Assembly: GCA_973895155.1 (NCBI GenBank)
Contig: OZ316894.1
Location: 8,952,234 to 9,016,233, forward strand
DNA length: 64,000 nt
Source of the DNA: Marsupella aquatica
Lineage: Eukaryota; Plantae; Marchantiophyta
Reading direction: 5' to 3'
Shown one piece after another: positions 63,723-64,000 of this stretch. Under the pieces are notes generated by a model. It was not told the DNA's origin. It did no database searches and was given only the letters and a program-made list of their open reading frames with translations. Made by a program: the position numbers and the translations under genes. Every line of letters begins with the position of its first letter. Position 1 is the stretch's first letter.

Positions 63723-64000
63723 TGTGACACGGGTAACATGTCACTTGACCGAACCCAGGTCGTAGATTAGGACTTATACGGTCATTAGGACCGTAGCCAT
63801 AGTGTAGAATAGCACGTATAGCCGTCTGTTGCCATAATGATTAGATTAGGAGTAGGTTAAGATGATCGAATCATTACGAGTTAAGGAAGGGGATTATTAC
63901 GCGCGACCGAGGTATGGTGGCGGCAGCGGAGTAAAAATCAGTTAGAAGAATCACGCTTGGACCGAGGCGCCGACTTCAGCTCGCTATCAATGACCAAAAC
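63723..64000. mobile_element. Start of another probable LTR inserted into the gypsy integrase
   Basis: Integrase homology stops right after ERGHPSI; the sequence switches to TGTGACACGGG... and becomes CpG-rich, unlike the CpG-depleted host element. Confidence 0.6.

Overview
Intron-rich nuclear DNA of a land plant; gene and TE content looks bryophyte/liverwort-like (inference). Host genes: the 3' half of an RPAP3-like TPR gene, tRNA-Asp(GUC), a 5-exon pectin methylesterase, a convergent RUS1/DUF647 gene, a conserved small membrane protein, an intronless HIT4, a class-3 lipase and a 153-aa acidic protein. Mobile DNA: a very young full-length Ty1/copia (421-bp LTRs with no difference seen, GGGGG TSD), a Tourist-like MITE, two copies of a tRNA-like SINE, and a nest of PIF/Harbinger <- degenerate Ty3/gypsy <- another LTR at the right edge. 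Most notable observations: (i) the copia gag-pol junction has an in-frame UGA plus a +1 shift, and a single 118-nt GT-AG intron would remove both; (ii) three tandem copies of the PME exon-4 splice acceptor each lead straight into in-frame stops; (iii) a DEAH-helicase pseudogene fragment inside an intron could act as an in-frame alternative terminal exon; (iv) a copy of the HIT4 upstream region sits in front of the neighbouring gene; (v) a -1 frameshift cassette lies between gypsy PR and RT; (vi) a calmodulin-like EF-hand fragment lies between imperfect inverted repeats. Exon borders were read by eye; no searches or alignments were run.
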